Source of the DNA: Octopus vulgaris
Lineage: Eukaryota
NCBI GenBank assembly: GCA_951406725.2
Contig: OX597825.1
Span: forward strand, 25,916,001 to 25,980,000
Direction: 5' to 3'
Length of the DNA: 64,000 nucleotides
The position numbers were made by a program, and so were the translations under genes. Within the stretch, counting starts at the first letter, position 1, and every line of letters starts with the position of its first letter. Below the pieces are notes generated by a model. That model was not told where the DNA came from and did no database searches. It saw only the letters and a list, made by a program, of their open reading frames with translations. Positions 1-11,777 of this stretch are shown here, in pieces.

Positions 1-21
1 GTATGTATGTATCTATCTATC

Positions 22-53
<32 letters not shown>

Positions 54-737
54 TATAGATAGATACATACATACATGCATACATACATACATGCCTACAT
101 GTGAGTGTGCATTTGTGTGACACAGAAGTATATTTATACAGACTATCCGTCTTCCAACACTGAATATATAAAACTAATCAATCTTGCTGCTTTCGTATTT
201 ATATTATTAAATTTAAATATTAAAAGAACCGACGAGACAATTGGATGTTATATAAAGGCAAGGAAATGCACAAGTTACTTAAGGTTACCTGTTCAAGAGG
301 CCAAAGATCTAGATACATTTGTACGTAGCGAAAGCTGACCGCTATCATCTCAGTGGGGTACCCTCATATGTTACAAAATGACTATTATATTAGACACTGA
401 GAACAAATTGAAGAGGCTGAAGATATATGTGAATTTTAATCAATGAAATGTTAAAATGCCTTCAGTTAAAATCGTTTGAATAGGTAATAATAACAGGCGT
501 TAAATGGTGCTGCATAAACAGCTGGATAAATGATGAATGGTTCGGGAAAATGACCTCCGTTGTGCGCAGCCATATTCTAGACCTCTTGGACCCGTACAAA
601 TGTTGATACTTTGATTACGTTCTTCTTTGTCTTTTCCTTTCTGCCCTCAAACTACTAATTGAGTTGCTAAGTGTTTCATTTCACCGTCCATTCCCTTCTC
701 TCTTTCAGTACCGTAATTAACGCTGCGTACTCTCGCC

Positions 738-982
738 CTCACCACCACCACCACCACCACCACCACAAACTCTTCCACCACCGCTTACTTACTACTACTA
801 CTACTACTACTAGTACTACTACTACTACTACTACTACTACTACAAACACCACCACCACCATCACCACCACTACCACCACCACCAATACTGCTACTACTAC
901 TACTACTACTACAAACAACACCACCATACCCACCACCACCACCCTCTTCACTACTACTACTACTACTACTACAACTACCACC

Positions 983-1014
<32 letters not shown>

Positions 1015-1138
1015 AACACCACCACCACCACACCCACCACCACCACCCGCTTCCCTACTACCCCCCGCTACTACTACAACAAACAACACCACCACACCCA
1101 CCACGACCACCCTCTTCTCTACTACCACCACCACCACC

Positions 1139-1207
<69 letters not shown>

Positions 1208-1213
1208 GCTACT
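738..1213. repeat. Compound (ACC)n/(ACT)n microsatellite with an internally duplicated block
   Basis: Direct reading; the block ACAAACAACACCACCA..CACCCTCTTC occurs twice (~911-950 and ~1079-1118). Confidence 0.95.
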
Positions 1214-1716
1214 ATGCTTTCTCTGCTACGACCTGCCATATATTTTGATTATTTCGATGTTGTCTAAGTGGGGAAAGAGAAGTAGATGAGGAACTGGTTG
1301 GATTATCAGTGCGAAATAACCACTGGCATTTAGCACCGTCCATTCGAATTCTGATTTCTGTTTCACGCTGAGACAGAGGTTAGGTTTCAACTTTTGTATT
1401 CTATAAAACAAGGACCATTAATGTACTAAACTTGACTATAATCCTCTCCTACATTTACATGACCTCTTGACAATAATACAAGTCATTTTAAAGACGACGG
1501 CGATGGTGATAGCGATAATACGTAAATATTTACTTGTAGTGAAGTTAAAGATGACATTTCCAGTACACCGAACATTAACTGCAAACTATAATATGCTATG
1601 AGAAGAAAATAAAGTTAATCAATGTCGAAAAATGCGTTGATGAAAAAAGTTGGAATGTCAACTTATTTACAAGCATTTCACACATATTAATACAGCCATA
1701 ACTTTTATGATTTATC

Positions 1717-1915
1717 ACTTGTTTCAACTATTACACTGCAGTCATGCTGCGGCATCGTCTTACGGAAATGTTAGTCGAATGACTCGTCCCTAATAGTTTT
1801 ATTAAGCCTGATATTTCTAGTAGTCTAACGGTCACTTTTGCCGAACCTCCTGGATACGGAGACGTGAAAACACCAATACTGGCTGTCAAGCGGAGGTGGG
1901 GAACAAACACAGATA
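1717..1915 (-). mobile_element. SINE family A, degenerate 3' half
   Basis: Reverse complement matches the 3' half of the 8712-9135 copy (acttgtttca..., ttttgccgaacc, gtcaagcg, acaaacacagatacac). Confidence 0.7.
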
Positions 1916-1955
1916 CACACACACACATAAAAACACACACACACACACATACACA

Positions 1956-1994
<39 letters not shown>

Positions 1995-1997
<3 letters not shown>

Positions 1998-2215
1998 TCA
2001 AATTTATGGAAAACAAAAGACGAAGACAAGTGTAGGAACAACAAGGAGGTGTGTTAGTTTAACGCTACGGAAGAATAGAAAAGTTTTTACGTTTCCAGCC
2101 GACGCTTTTCTACACAAAATATTAAAAGGCAAAAAAACGAAGAAAGAAAAAAATGTGCAGTATTCAACGGTCCAACATACGACTGGATTAATTTTCCTTC
2201 GAACAAGGATACACA
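1995..2215 (-). mobile_element. Short Penelope-like repeat, degenerate relative of 57311-57530
   Basis: Shares aaagacgaag(a/g)ca(a/g)gtg, tgt(g/a)ttagt and ttttacgtttc(c/g)agcc(g/t)acgct with 57311-57530. Confidence 0.6.
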
Positions 2216-2290
2216 CAATACACACACGCACACACACACACATACACATACACATACACACACACAAACACACACACACACACACACACA

Positions 2291-2446
2291 TTAATGTTTA
2301 TATGCCAACATGAAGTAGCAGTCCTGTAACGGCACACAGAGTATGTGTCTGCGTGCAGCATTTGCAAGGGAGGTCTCCGTTCCCATCTCTCACAGACCTA
2401 GGTTTCTGGAAGTCATCCGTTCTCAGTGTGAGACAATCACCAGCTA
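2291..2446. mobile_element. One-armed fragment of the MITE at 47380-47853
   Basis: ttaatgtttatatgccaacat.aagt.gcagtcctgtaa and gcaagggaggtc...agacctag.tttctgga match the MITE arm. Confidence 0.8.
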
Positions 2447-2465
2447 CATTATTATTATTATTATT

Positions 2466-2515
<50 letters not shown>

Positions 2516-2516
<1 letters not shown>

Positions 2517-2997
2517 TGTTTTGTCTTGGTATAAAAGATGGGCTACAGCAAATATTCTGCTCAATACCACAGATTTACTTGTCAGTTGTTTGACCTTAAC
2601 CAGTTGAGCACGTCCCTTAGTGGCTGACGATATGTGCATCTCTGATCACGAGCAGAAGTAGTGGAGGAGCATCATAGCCATGTGTTGAGAGGGATTCTTT
2701 GGGGTTTGAATAATTCACCTCTGGAAACATGGGTGGTTCTCTCAACATCCTTAAACAACCCTTATTCAGGGACCTTTTGAGCGGGATGGGCTACTCAACC
2801 TGAAGAAATTTCTAACTGGGCCCCACCTGCAAGGTCATGTGCTGTTTATCTTGATATGAGAGCACCATGTCGCGCACATATGGTTGTGATGCATGTGCCT
2901 GGTGTACCCTTATCAGACGGGTAGTCATGATGGGTATATTGGGCTTCGTATATTTTACCCCAGTGTCACTTTGATGGCATGAACTGCTCTCTCACTC
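2516..2997. mobile_element. ~480-bp non-coding interspersed element embedded in (TAA)n
   Basis: Higher-GC block with no long ORF, bounded by (AAT)n on both sides. Mobile status is inferred from context; there is only one copy in the window. Confidence 0.5.
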
Positions 2998-3010
2998 AAT
3001 AATAATAATA

Positions 3011-3165
3011 ACATCCTAAAATACCTTAGGGGTGAGAACCCAGGTTCGAAATTTCCCCAAGACAGCTGATGAAGGCTGGAGGGTATATCAGCCGAAAAGG
3101 TGTGTTAACAACAAACAAGGTGACGACTAATATCCGTCAAATGTAAACAATGTAAATAATATAAA
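3011..3165 (+). mobile_element. Penelope-like terminal repeat fragment with a partly decayed hammerhead motif
   Basis: CTGATGA-A-GGCTG..CAGCC-GAAA at 3066-3097; reverse-complement partial copies at ~4495-4572 and ~5456-5533. Confidence 0.65.
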
Positions 3166-3173
3166 TTCATTCG

Positions 3174-3569
3174 TATTTATGTAATGGAGGAGATTGGATG
3201 TCAAGACGAATTATAGTTCTATTTTTCATATTGCGATATAATTGCTTGATACAAATAGACTCAGATATTCATTAATAGAAAATCGTAATTGCCATACTTG
3301 TACTCGTAAGTAGCTAATAGAAAAATAAAGAGGTCGTTTAAAGTACATAGTTTTTTTTTTTCTTAGTTATCATTTTGGGATTTGCAATTTCGTTCTTGCA
3401 GTCACGTTTATTTGAATCTAGACTATTAGCTACTGACGTGTTCAAGTATGACAATTACGATTTTCTATTTATGAATATCTGAGTCCATTTGTGAGAAACA
3501 ATTATATCGCAATATGAAAAATAAAACTATAATCCATCCTGACATCCAATCTCCTCCATTATATAAATA
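3174..3569. mobile_element. MITE/foldback element with ~147-bp terminal inverted repeats
   Basis: 3174-3320 is the imperfect reverse complement of 3423-3569 (atggaggagattggatgtca / tgacatccaatctcctccat). Confidence 0.85.
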
Positions 3570-3611
3570 AGACTAAGTGTCTTGAACTTTCTTTAATAAG
3601 TCATATACTGA

Positions 3612-3645
<34 letters not shown>

Positions 3646-3659
3646 ACATATATATACGT

Positions 3660-3845
3660 AAAAAGCACCCACTACACTCACGGAGTGGTTGGCGTTAGGA
3701 AGGGCAGCCAGCTGTAGAAACATTGCCAGATAAGACTGGAGCCTGGTGCAGCCTTCTGGCTTCCCAGATCCCCGGTCGAACCGTCCAACCCATGCTAGCA
3801 TGGAGAACGGACGTTTAACGATGATGATGATGATGATGATGATGA
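3660..3845 (+). mobile_element. 3' part of a SINE/RTE-type retroelement ending in (GAT)n
   Basis: gttggcgttaggaagggcagccagctgtagaaa central motif and the tail ccaacccatgctagcatggagaacggacgtttaacgatgatgat; family recognised from memory. Confidence 0.65.
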
Positions 3846-3924
3846 TATATATATATATATATATATATACATACCTACATATGCATAAATATATACACAT
3901 ATTATATTTGTATATATATATAAT

Positions 3925-4011
3925 TTCAGCTGATGAATACTTGACATTATATTTCCTGTAATATTTGCAGCTTTAAATAAAATGTCTATAGTATGAAACA
4001 ATTGTACTAAA
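3925..4011 (+). ncRNA. Type I minimal hammerhead ribozyme (putative)
   Basis: Core CTGATGA 3930-3936; stem II ATACT/AGTAT extended by GACATT/AATGTC; GAAA 3995-3998; palindromic CAATTG; GTA cleavage triplet 4004-4006; stem I TTCAG/CTAAA with 1 mismatch. Confidence 0.7.
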
Positions 4012-4058
4012 CTACCGATCCATTCTTGTTGCTTTTTTCTTGGTTATATATATATATA

Positions 4059-4472
4059 GGCGCAAGAGTGGCTGTGTGGTAAGTAGCTTGTTTACCAACC
4101 ACATTGATTCCGGGTTCAGTCCCACTGCGTGTCACCTTGGGCAAGTGTCTTCTACTATAGCCTCAGGCCGACCAAAACCTTGTGAGTGGATTTGGTAGAC
4201 GGAAACTGAAAGAAGCCCGTCGTATATATGCATATATATATGTATATATGCGTGTGTGTGTTTGTGTGTCTGTGTTTGTCCCCCTAGCATTGCTTGACAA
4301 CCGACGCTGGTGTGTTTCTGTCCCCGTTGCCTGGCGGTTCAGCAAGGGAGACCGATAGAATAATTACTGGGCTTGCAAAGGAATGGGTCCCGGGGTCGAG
4401 TTGCTCGACTAAAGGCGGTGCTCCAGCATGGCCGCAGTCAGATGACTGAAACAAGTAAAAGAGTAAAAGAGT
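4059..4472 (+). mobile_element. SINE family A (tRNA-derived, internal TA/TG microsatellite, GAGTAAAA tail), full length
   Basis: A box tggctgtgtggt, B box ggttcagtccc; more than 10 homologous copies in the window; resembles octopus OK-type SINE. Confidence 0.9.
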
Positions 4473-4570
4473 ATATTATATTTGTATATATATATACCTT
4501 CCAGCCTTCTTCAGGTATCTAGGGGAAATTTCGAACCTGGGTTCCCATTCCTAAGATATGTTTCGATGTT

Positions 4571-4627
<57 letters not shown>

Positions 4628-4630
<3 letters not shown>

Positions 4631-4994
4631 TAGTTTTATTTTTATAGCGTGCTTTCACTTCACTACCGAGCGCAGCTCTGTGTGCCTTGGGTATGTGCTG
4701 TGATTTGTTGTGATGCTCTGATGGTTATTGTATGGAAAGTGTTCTGCGTAGGATGTGTGCAGTGCCTAGTAGTGCAATTTTCTGTATGTTATATGTGTTT
4801 GTAAGTCCTGGTGTTTTTGTTATGTATTTGTCTGAATATTTTTTTATCATGCCTAATGCACCTACTATGATAGGAATTGTTTCTATTTTCAGGTTCCACA
4901 TTCTAGTTACCTCTATTTCCAGGTCTTTGTATTTTGAGAGTTTCTCCATTTCTTTTAGAGACACGTTGTCATCTGCCGGTATTGATACATCGAT
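4628..4994 (-). mobile_element. 5'-truncated R4/Dong non-LTR retrotransposon (RLE C-terminus and 3' UTR) next to (TAA)n
   Basis: IDVSIPADDNVSLKEMEKLSKYKDLEIEVTRMWNLKIETIPIIVGALGMIKK...QKIALLGTAHILRRTL is a typical R4/Dong restriction-like endonuclease tail; the 3' end abuts (AAT)n, the known Dong target. Confidence 0.88.
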
Positions 4995-5017
4995 ATATAT
5001 TGATATATATATATATA

Positions 5018-5433
5018 GGCGCAAGAGTGGCTGTGTGGTAAGTAGCTTGTTTACCAACCACATTGATTCCGGGTTCAGTCCCACTGCGTGGCACCTTGGG
5101 CAAGTGTCTTCTACTATAGCCTCAGGCCGACCAAAACCTTGTGAGTGGATTTGGTAGACGGAAACTGAAAGAAGCCCGTCGTATATATGCATGTATATAT
5201 ATATATATATGCGTGTGTGTGTTTGTGTGTCTGTGTTTGCCCCCCTAGCATTGCTTGACAACCGACGCTGGTGTGTTTCTGTCCCCGTTGCCTGGCGGTT
5301 CAGCAAGATAGACCGATAGAATAATTACTGGGCTTGCAAAGGAATGGGTCCCGGGGTCGAGTTGCTCGACTAAAGGCGCTGCTCCAGCATGGCCGCAGTC
5401 AGATGACTGAAACAAGTAAAAGAGTAAAAGAGT
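5018..5433 (+). mobile_element. SINE family A, duplicate of 4059-4472
   Basis: Near-identical, shares private variants and the downstream flank. Confidence 0.9.
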
Positions 5434-5531
5434 ATATTATATTTGTATATATATATACCTTCCAGCCTTCTTCAGGTATCTAGGGGAAATTTCGAACCTG
5501 GGTTCCCATTCCTAAGATATGTTTCGATGTT

Positions 5532-5594
<63 letters not shown>

Positions 5595-5872
5595 ATCACT
5601 CCCTGGAATCGGAGTCGTTATAGTAGCCCGCGACGTTAACCACTAAGCCATAAGCTCGTGGGCATATGATTTTGTGTATATATAGGATTATCATAAAAAA
5701 AAAAAACTATATGTGCGCATTTCTGATTAGATTTGAGACTGTGCCTTATGATGAACGGATGTATAAGTATGCGCGTGAGTACGTATATTTCATTTTAATG
5801 ATATTCCATTATATGCATGTGTGTGAGCCTATACATACATGCATATATATACATACATACATATATACATAC

Positions 5873-5909
<37 letters not shown>

Positions 5910-5957
5910 GTTGTGTGTATCTGTGTATACATATGTATGTGTGTATATATATATCTA

Positions 5958-6036
<79 letters not shown>

Positions 6037-7089
6037 ATATATATATATATATATCCTTGTGTCTATGTGTGTACACATATGTATTATGTATGTATGTATG
6101 TATGTATGTATGTATGTATGTATGTATGTATGTATTTGTTTGTAGTGTGTCTGTGTGTGTTTGTGTGCATGAGTGTATGCTTGCACATGTGTATATGTTT
6201 ATGCCTATGTACTTGTGTTGGCGTTGGTGTGAATGATTATTTGTTTAAGAAAAAATACTGTTTTATACTGACAGTAAAACCATTACAGTTATTTAATTTT
6301 ATCATTCGTCTTTTAGATCTCAATAAACTTGTTTGGACATCGCATTTTATTCCTTTGAAATGTATAAAATATTTAAAATCAATCATCCGTCAACAATCTC
6401 GCTGAAATCTGGTTCACTCAACTGTGTGGCGTAAACAATTATTACAAATTTAAAATCAGTGATTTAGTTAATTTGCCATCCTCCCCAAACGAGTATAATT
6501 CCAACGTGTTTGGAATTTAGTTATGTAAATATTACGTAATATATATTCTCTCTAAGACTTGGTTTCTCATGTCTAGTAATGCCAAAATGCTGAGGTTTAA
6601 CTTGTGTCTTTATTCATAAATTAGCAAATAGGGGAATGGCAACACCATTAACTTTTCAAGGCGTCTCATAAAGAATTGTAATTAGATTAATGACGTTGTT
6701 CACAGCTCGTAAAATACAAAAAGAAATTCTCCAGTAAAAACACGTTTAAAAGATACAGGGATACGGTAGCAAGCTACTTAAACGTGCGGGCAGATTAGCA
6801 TTGGTATTCAGTGTCATACATTCATCGATTTGCATATCAACATGATGAGGATCTGCAGTGTAGAGCAATTTACTACATTCAGTTACACGCATGAACATGA
6901 TTGCTTAATGTAATAACACTAATATAAAAGCACACGGATTGAATGTACCAATAAAGAAAAACAAACTTAAGAAGCGTTTCATGGATTAACTTGCAATGTA
7001 AGCAACGCTCATGAAATTATATTATTCTGTATAATCATAGTGAAGTATATTAGGTCATTAAACCAGGGCAATGAATATCAAGCCTACAT

Positions 7090-7165
<76 letters not shown>

Positions 7166-7374
7166 AGAGAGAGAGAGAGGGAAAGAGAGAATGAGAAAAG
7201 ATGAAAATACACAGATTTGTCTTACAGGATTTAAGAGTATGTAAAATCCATGATAATAAAGATATACAATTTTGCACGAAATAAGGTTTTGTTCTTTCAA
7301 CGTAACTGAAGTAAGGACCGGTTTCGCATTGCTCATCAAACTGAAAGTGATAAGTTGCTAGGGGCAAAAACTAT

Positions 7375-8133
7375 ATTCTGTGGGTGCAACGAATTCTGAC
7401 AACTGACCAACAGCGCACCAGGGTAATCTCATCACGGGAAATCTGACATTGTTTGAAGCCGATCCAGTCCGTTAACTTGAACGTTTCCTAACCCAGAATG
7501 AGTGCGGCCACTTCATTTTGAGTCAGAAAGAAAGATATAATCCCTGCAGTAGAAAACCTCTCTTCATCAGCTCCAAAGAGAGCCGAAGTCGTTTGATGGG
7601 AAGGTGACGGCTTTAGTTTTGGGGATGCAAAAGGCATTGTGTTTATTGACCATCTTCAAAAGGGCCACACCAATAGTGGAAAGCACTATGCAAACTTGCT
7701 GAGTCAGTTACAAAAGTATATCAAGACGAAACGCTGAGGAAAGCTGAGGAAAGGGGTTTTGTTTCCTCAGGACAATGTTCTAGCAACGGAGTCCTTGGTT
7801 CGAATGGCTACTGTGCATGTCTGTGGCTGTGAACCGGTTAATCACCCTCCGTAGTCTCCCAATTTGGCTCCATCTGACTATCATGTGTTTCCTAACATGA
7901 AAAAACACTTGGCTGGGAACCGGTATTACAGTGATGATGATATCACATCTGCTGTTGATGATATTTTTGACCAATAAAATCAAAGCTTCTTCAACAATCG
8001 GATCAAAGCACTGCAACACCTATGAAAAAATCCATGAATCCGAAAGAAGATTATATTGCAAAATAAAGCTCATTTGGTCCCATTCCATGAGAGTATCTAT
8101 GTCAACCAATGAACTTTCCAGCCGAGCCTCGTA
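7375..8133 (+). mobile_element. Decayed mariner (DD34D-type) transposase with 3' TIR
   Basis: WVQRILT (WVPxxL motif) at 7381; DAKGIVFIDHLQKG; VLFPQDN; HPP*SPNLAPSDYHVFPNMKKHLAG (YSPDLAPSDY motif); stops and frameshifts; ends gaactttccagccgagcctcgTA. Confidence 0.88.
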
Positions 8134-8711
8134 TATCTTTATTCTTTAGCATGATCAGACTTGTGACTATTTTAGTGCTGACGTTAAATATCGCAATGTA
8201 TACCATTGTAATATTCATCGCAAACGACACACATCCATACACTGCATAAGAGCTACAAAATCTATTCCTCAAAGAGATTGTTACGTTTACTAATTAAGTT
8301 GTGGTTGATTACACCAAACCCCCAAATGCAATTATTAGGTATTTACTGCTCTTTATAATTCGCCATATTTATTCATTTTTTCCTGTCTAGTCTTATCCAA
8401 ATGTCTATTTATATAATTATCCACTTGATAAATCAACATGTCTATTAAATATATTATAGCGAAACACTTTAATCCCCCACCCCCGACATCAGCGATCAGT
8501 CATCTGCAACTAATTAAGTGATATTTCATTTCGTTACACTCATTCATCAAAAGCCATTCATTCCAGACACCACATGACAGCAAACATACACACAAACACT
8601 CGTGCGCGCATTACTTAGGTGGACAACTGACTCCACATGCAACACTTAGCTTCTCAGTATGTTACCCTCATTCAATATAAATATAATAAATGTGAAAAAT
8701 ATTCATTCATA

Positions 8712-9135
8712 GGCGCAGGAGTGGCTGTGTGGTAAGTAGCTTGCTAACCAACCACATGGTTCCGGGTTCAGTCCCACTGCGTGGCATCTTGGGCAAGTGT
8801 CTTCTGCTATAGCCCCGGACCGACCAATGCCTTGTGAGTGGATTTGGTAGACAGAAACTGAAAGAAGCCTGTCGTATATATGTATATATATATGTATGTA
8901 TGTGTGTGTGTGTGTGTGTTTGTGTGTCTGTGTCTGTCTCCCTAGCATTGCTTGACAACCGATGCCGGTGTTTTTACGTCCCCGTCACTTAGCGGTTCAG
9001 CAAAGGAGACCGATAGAATAAGTACTGGGCTTACAAAGAATAAGTCCCGGGGTCGATTTGCTCGACTAAAGGCGGTGCTCCAGCATGGCCGCAGTGAAAT
9101 GACTGAAACAAGTAAAAGAGTAAAAGAGTAAGAGT
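8712..9135 (+). mobile_element. SINE family A, full length
   Basis: ggcgcaggagtggctgtgtggtaag head through the gagtaaaagag tail. Confidence 0.92.
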
Positions 9136-9180
9136 ATTCACTTAGTAGATTCACAAACGAAATAGTCAGTCATCGCTATC

Positions 9181-9610
9181 TTTTACTTGTTTCAGTCATT
9201 AGACTGCAGCCCACGCTGGAGCACCGCCTTACAAAGTTTTTAGTCGAATAAATCGACCTCAGTACCTATTCTTTTTTTCCCTTTTAAGCCTGGTACTTAT
9301 TTTGTCGTTCTCTTCAGCCGAACCGTTATGATGCCGGAACACAAACACACCAAAACCGGTTGTCAAATGCTGGAAGGGAAACAAACACAATGACAAACAT
9401 AGACATACACACACACACATATGTATGTATGTATGCATGTATGTATGTATGTATGTATATATACGACTGGCTTGCTTCAGTTTCCATCTGCCAAATCCTT
9501 TCACAAGGCTTTGGTTGTCCCAAGGCTATAATAGAAGACACTTGGCAAAGATGCCACTCAGTGGGATTAAACCGGGAACAAAGGGATTAGGATGCAATCT
9601 TCATACCGTA
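9181..9610 (-). mobile_element. SINE family A, older copy in inverted orientation
   Basis: ttttacttgtttcagtcatt...gcaccgcc, tagtcga, cttcagtttccatctgccaaatcc, tagaagacacttg. Confidence 0.82.
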
Positions 9611-9734
9611 TCCTTAGTAAATATAGAATGCAAAATCTGGGCTCATATATATTTTATCAGTATCTGTACATATTCCATGTAGCTCGTAGACTGAGAAAGA
9701 CGGTTCTGTAATTTCTGTAATTTCTCGGCGTAGA

Positions 9735-9980
9735 ATTTGCACATATGATTTTTTGCTTATAGTGATCAAATGCTTCTGATGTACATTAGGTCATTCCGTC
9801 CATGATAATGACATTGACTGAACTGGTGCACGGTGTGTCAGGAATCAGGTGTCCAAGAGATTGCAGCGCAACGTGATATGAAATGTTTTGATCAAGAACA
9901 CAGCACATCACCCGATCCTGGAACTGAAGCCACGACCTCGCGATTGCGAGAGCAACAGCGTAACCACTAGGCTATGCATT
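9735..9980 (-). mobile_element. Degenerate tRNA-derived CORE-type SINE
   Basis: Reverse complement gives a tagcctagtggtta A box, a B box and tgtgttcttgatcaaaacatttcat, similar to the head at 31643. Confidence 0.55.
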
Positions 9981-10110
9981 CTCTCTTTGGAGTAGCTAGG
10001 ACGTCGCTAAAAGTTGTCGGCCTTGTAAAACACTGTAGGATTTCAACTTCGAACGCAAATGGCAGTAAGAAATATCACAATCTTTATTTCGAAAAGACAA
10101 CAGTTGGATT

Positions 10111-10525
10111 ACTCTTTTACTCTTTTACTTGTTTCAGTCATTTGACTGCGGCCATGCTGGAGCACCGCCTTTAGTCGAGCAACTCGACCCCTAGAATTAT
10201 TCTTTGGGAGCCTGGTACTTAGTCTATCGGTGTCTTTTGCCGAACCGCTAAGTTACGGGGACGTAAACACACCACCATCGGTTATCAAGCGATGTTGCAG
10301 GGACAAACACACACAAACACACACAGACAAACACACACACAATATATATAAATACATACATACAACGGGCTTCTTTCAGTTTCCGTCTCCCAAATCCACT
10401 CACAAGGCATTGGTCGGCCCGAGGCTATAGTAGAAGACATATGCCGAAGGTACCACGCAGTGGAAATGAACCCGGAACCATGTGGTTGGCAAGCAAGCTA
10501 CTTATCACACAGCCACTCCTGCGCC
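10111..10525 (-). mobile_element. SINE family A, full length
   Basis: actcttttactcttttacttgtttcag ... cacacagccactcctgcgcc. Confidence 0.9.
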
Positions 10526-11276
10526 TGATGCCTTTTTTCTCCCCCAACAAAAGCTGAAAAACCAAATTGGTTAAGGTATAATTTGAACACGGAACTTGAG
10601 GAATGAGAGCAAATACTGCGGGTATATTCCATCCAATTCTTTAACGACCTTGCTAATCTAACGAAGTGACTGGGCGGATGAAGTAACTTCTATTTTACTG
10701 CTGTTATAGAATCAATCTATTAAACTTTCTCTAAAACGAAATAGCGTTTATTTGCCGTCGGCGGAAACTTGAAAAAAGTTGCGATTCACCGCTTATATAA
10801 GTAGGCTACATCGATCATATCGTACTTATCGATATGTCAAAGAACTAAAAACGCAATTTCTCAAGTGCCCTGGTCATGAACACTGCAGAGTATCAGTGAC
10901 ACATACCTATTTACCTAATTGCCTTCTGCAAGAATACAAGTACACCAACTTTCATGGAATATGAACACAAAATTCTTCAGCCATGAAATCGCTATATTTT
11001 TTTTTTGTTTTATATCGGTCATAATGACGACGTCGTTTGTAAATGGAAAACGATTTTTAATTAGATTTTTTCTGGAAGATTCTCTAAACGTATCTTAAAT
11101 CGCATCATTCGAGTAAACCGTATGGCTGCAATCATTCTCGTTTCTTTCAACGAATAAGAATTAAATTGGGAACTGAAAAATACGTAGATGCGTAAAAAAA
11201 TACCGAAAAATACAAAACGTTTACATCATGCATGCACATACGTAAGCATAGATAAGGTTCACACACACAGAGACAC

Positions 11277-11307
<31 letters not shown>

Positions 11308-11459
11308 AAGGGATATTAATCTCATCAAATATATATTGGGTCATTTCCTTATGTTATCTCGCTTCGGTACTTTGTGAAGAAATGTATTCCTTTGACAATA
11401 ACGAAACGAAGTTAGACAACTAGGAAAAAGTATAATATATAGAAACGTATACCTACTTA

Positions 11460-11588
<129 letters not shown>

Positions 11589-11742
11589 CATACATATATA
11601 TATATATATACATATGTATACATACATATATATACATATATACATACATAGATGTATATATATATTTGTATGTCTCTCTCTTCACATATATATAAATACA
11701 CACACATACACGCGTGCGCACACACACATATATATATATATG

Positions 11743-11777
<35 letters not shown>

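Noticed and set aside
413-472. Hammerhead-like CTGAAGA...GAAA
   Set aside because: No convincing stem II or stem III.
4725-5306. 193-aa ORF as a gene
   Set aside because: Chance fusion of antisense SINE sequence with the Dong endonuclease tail.
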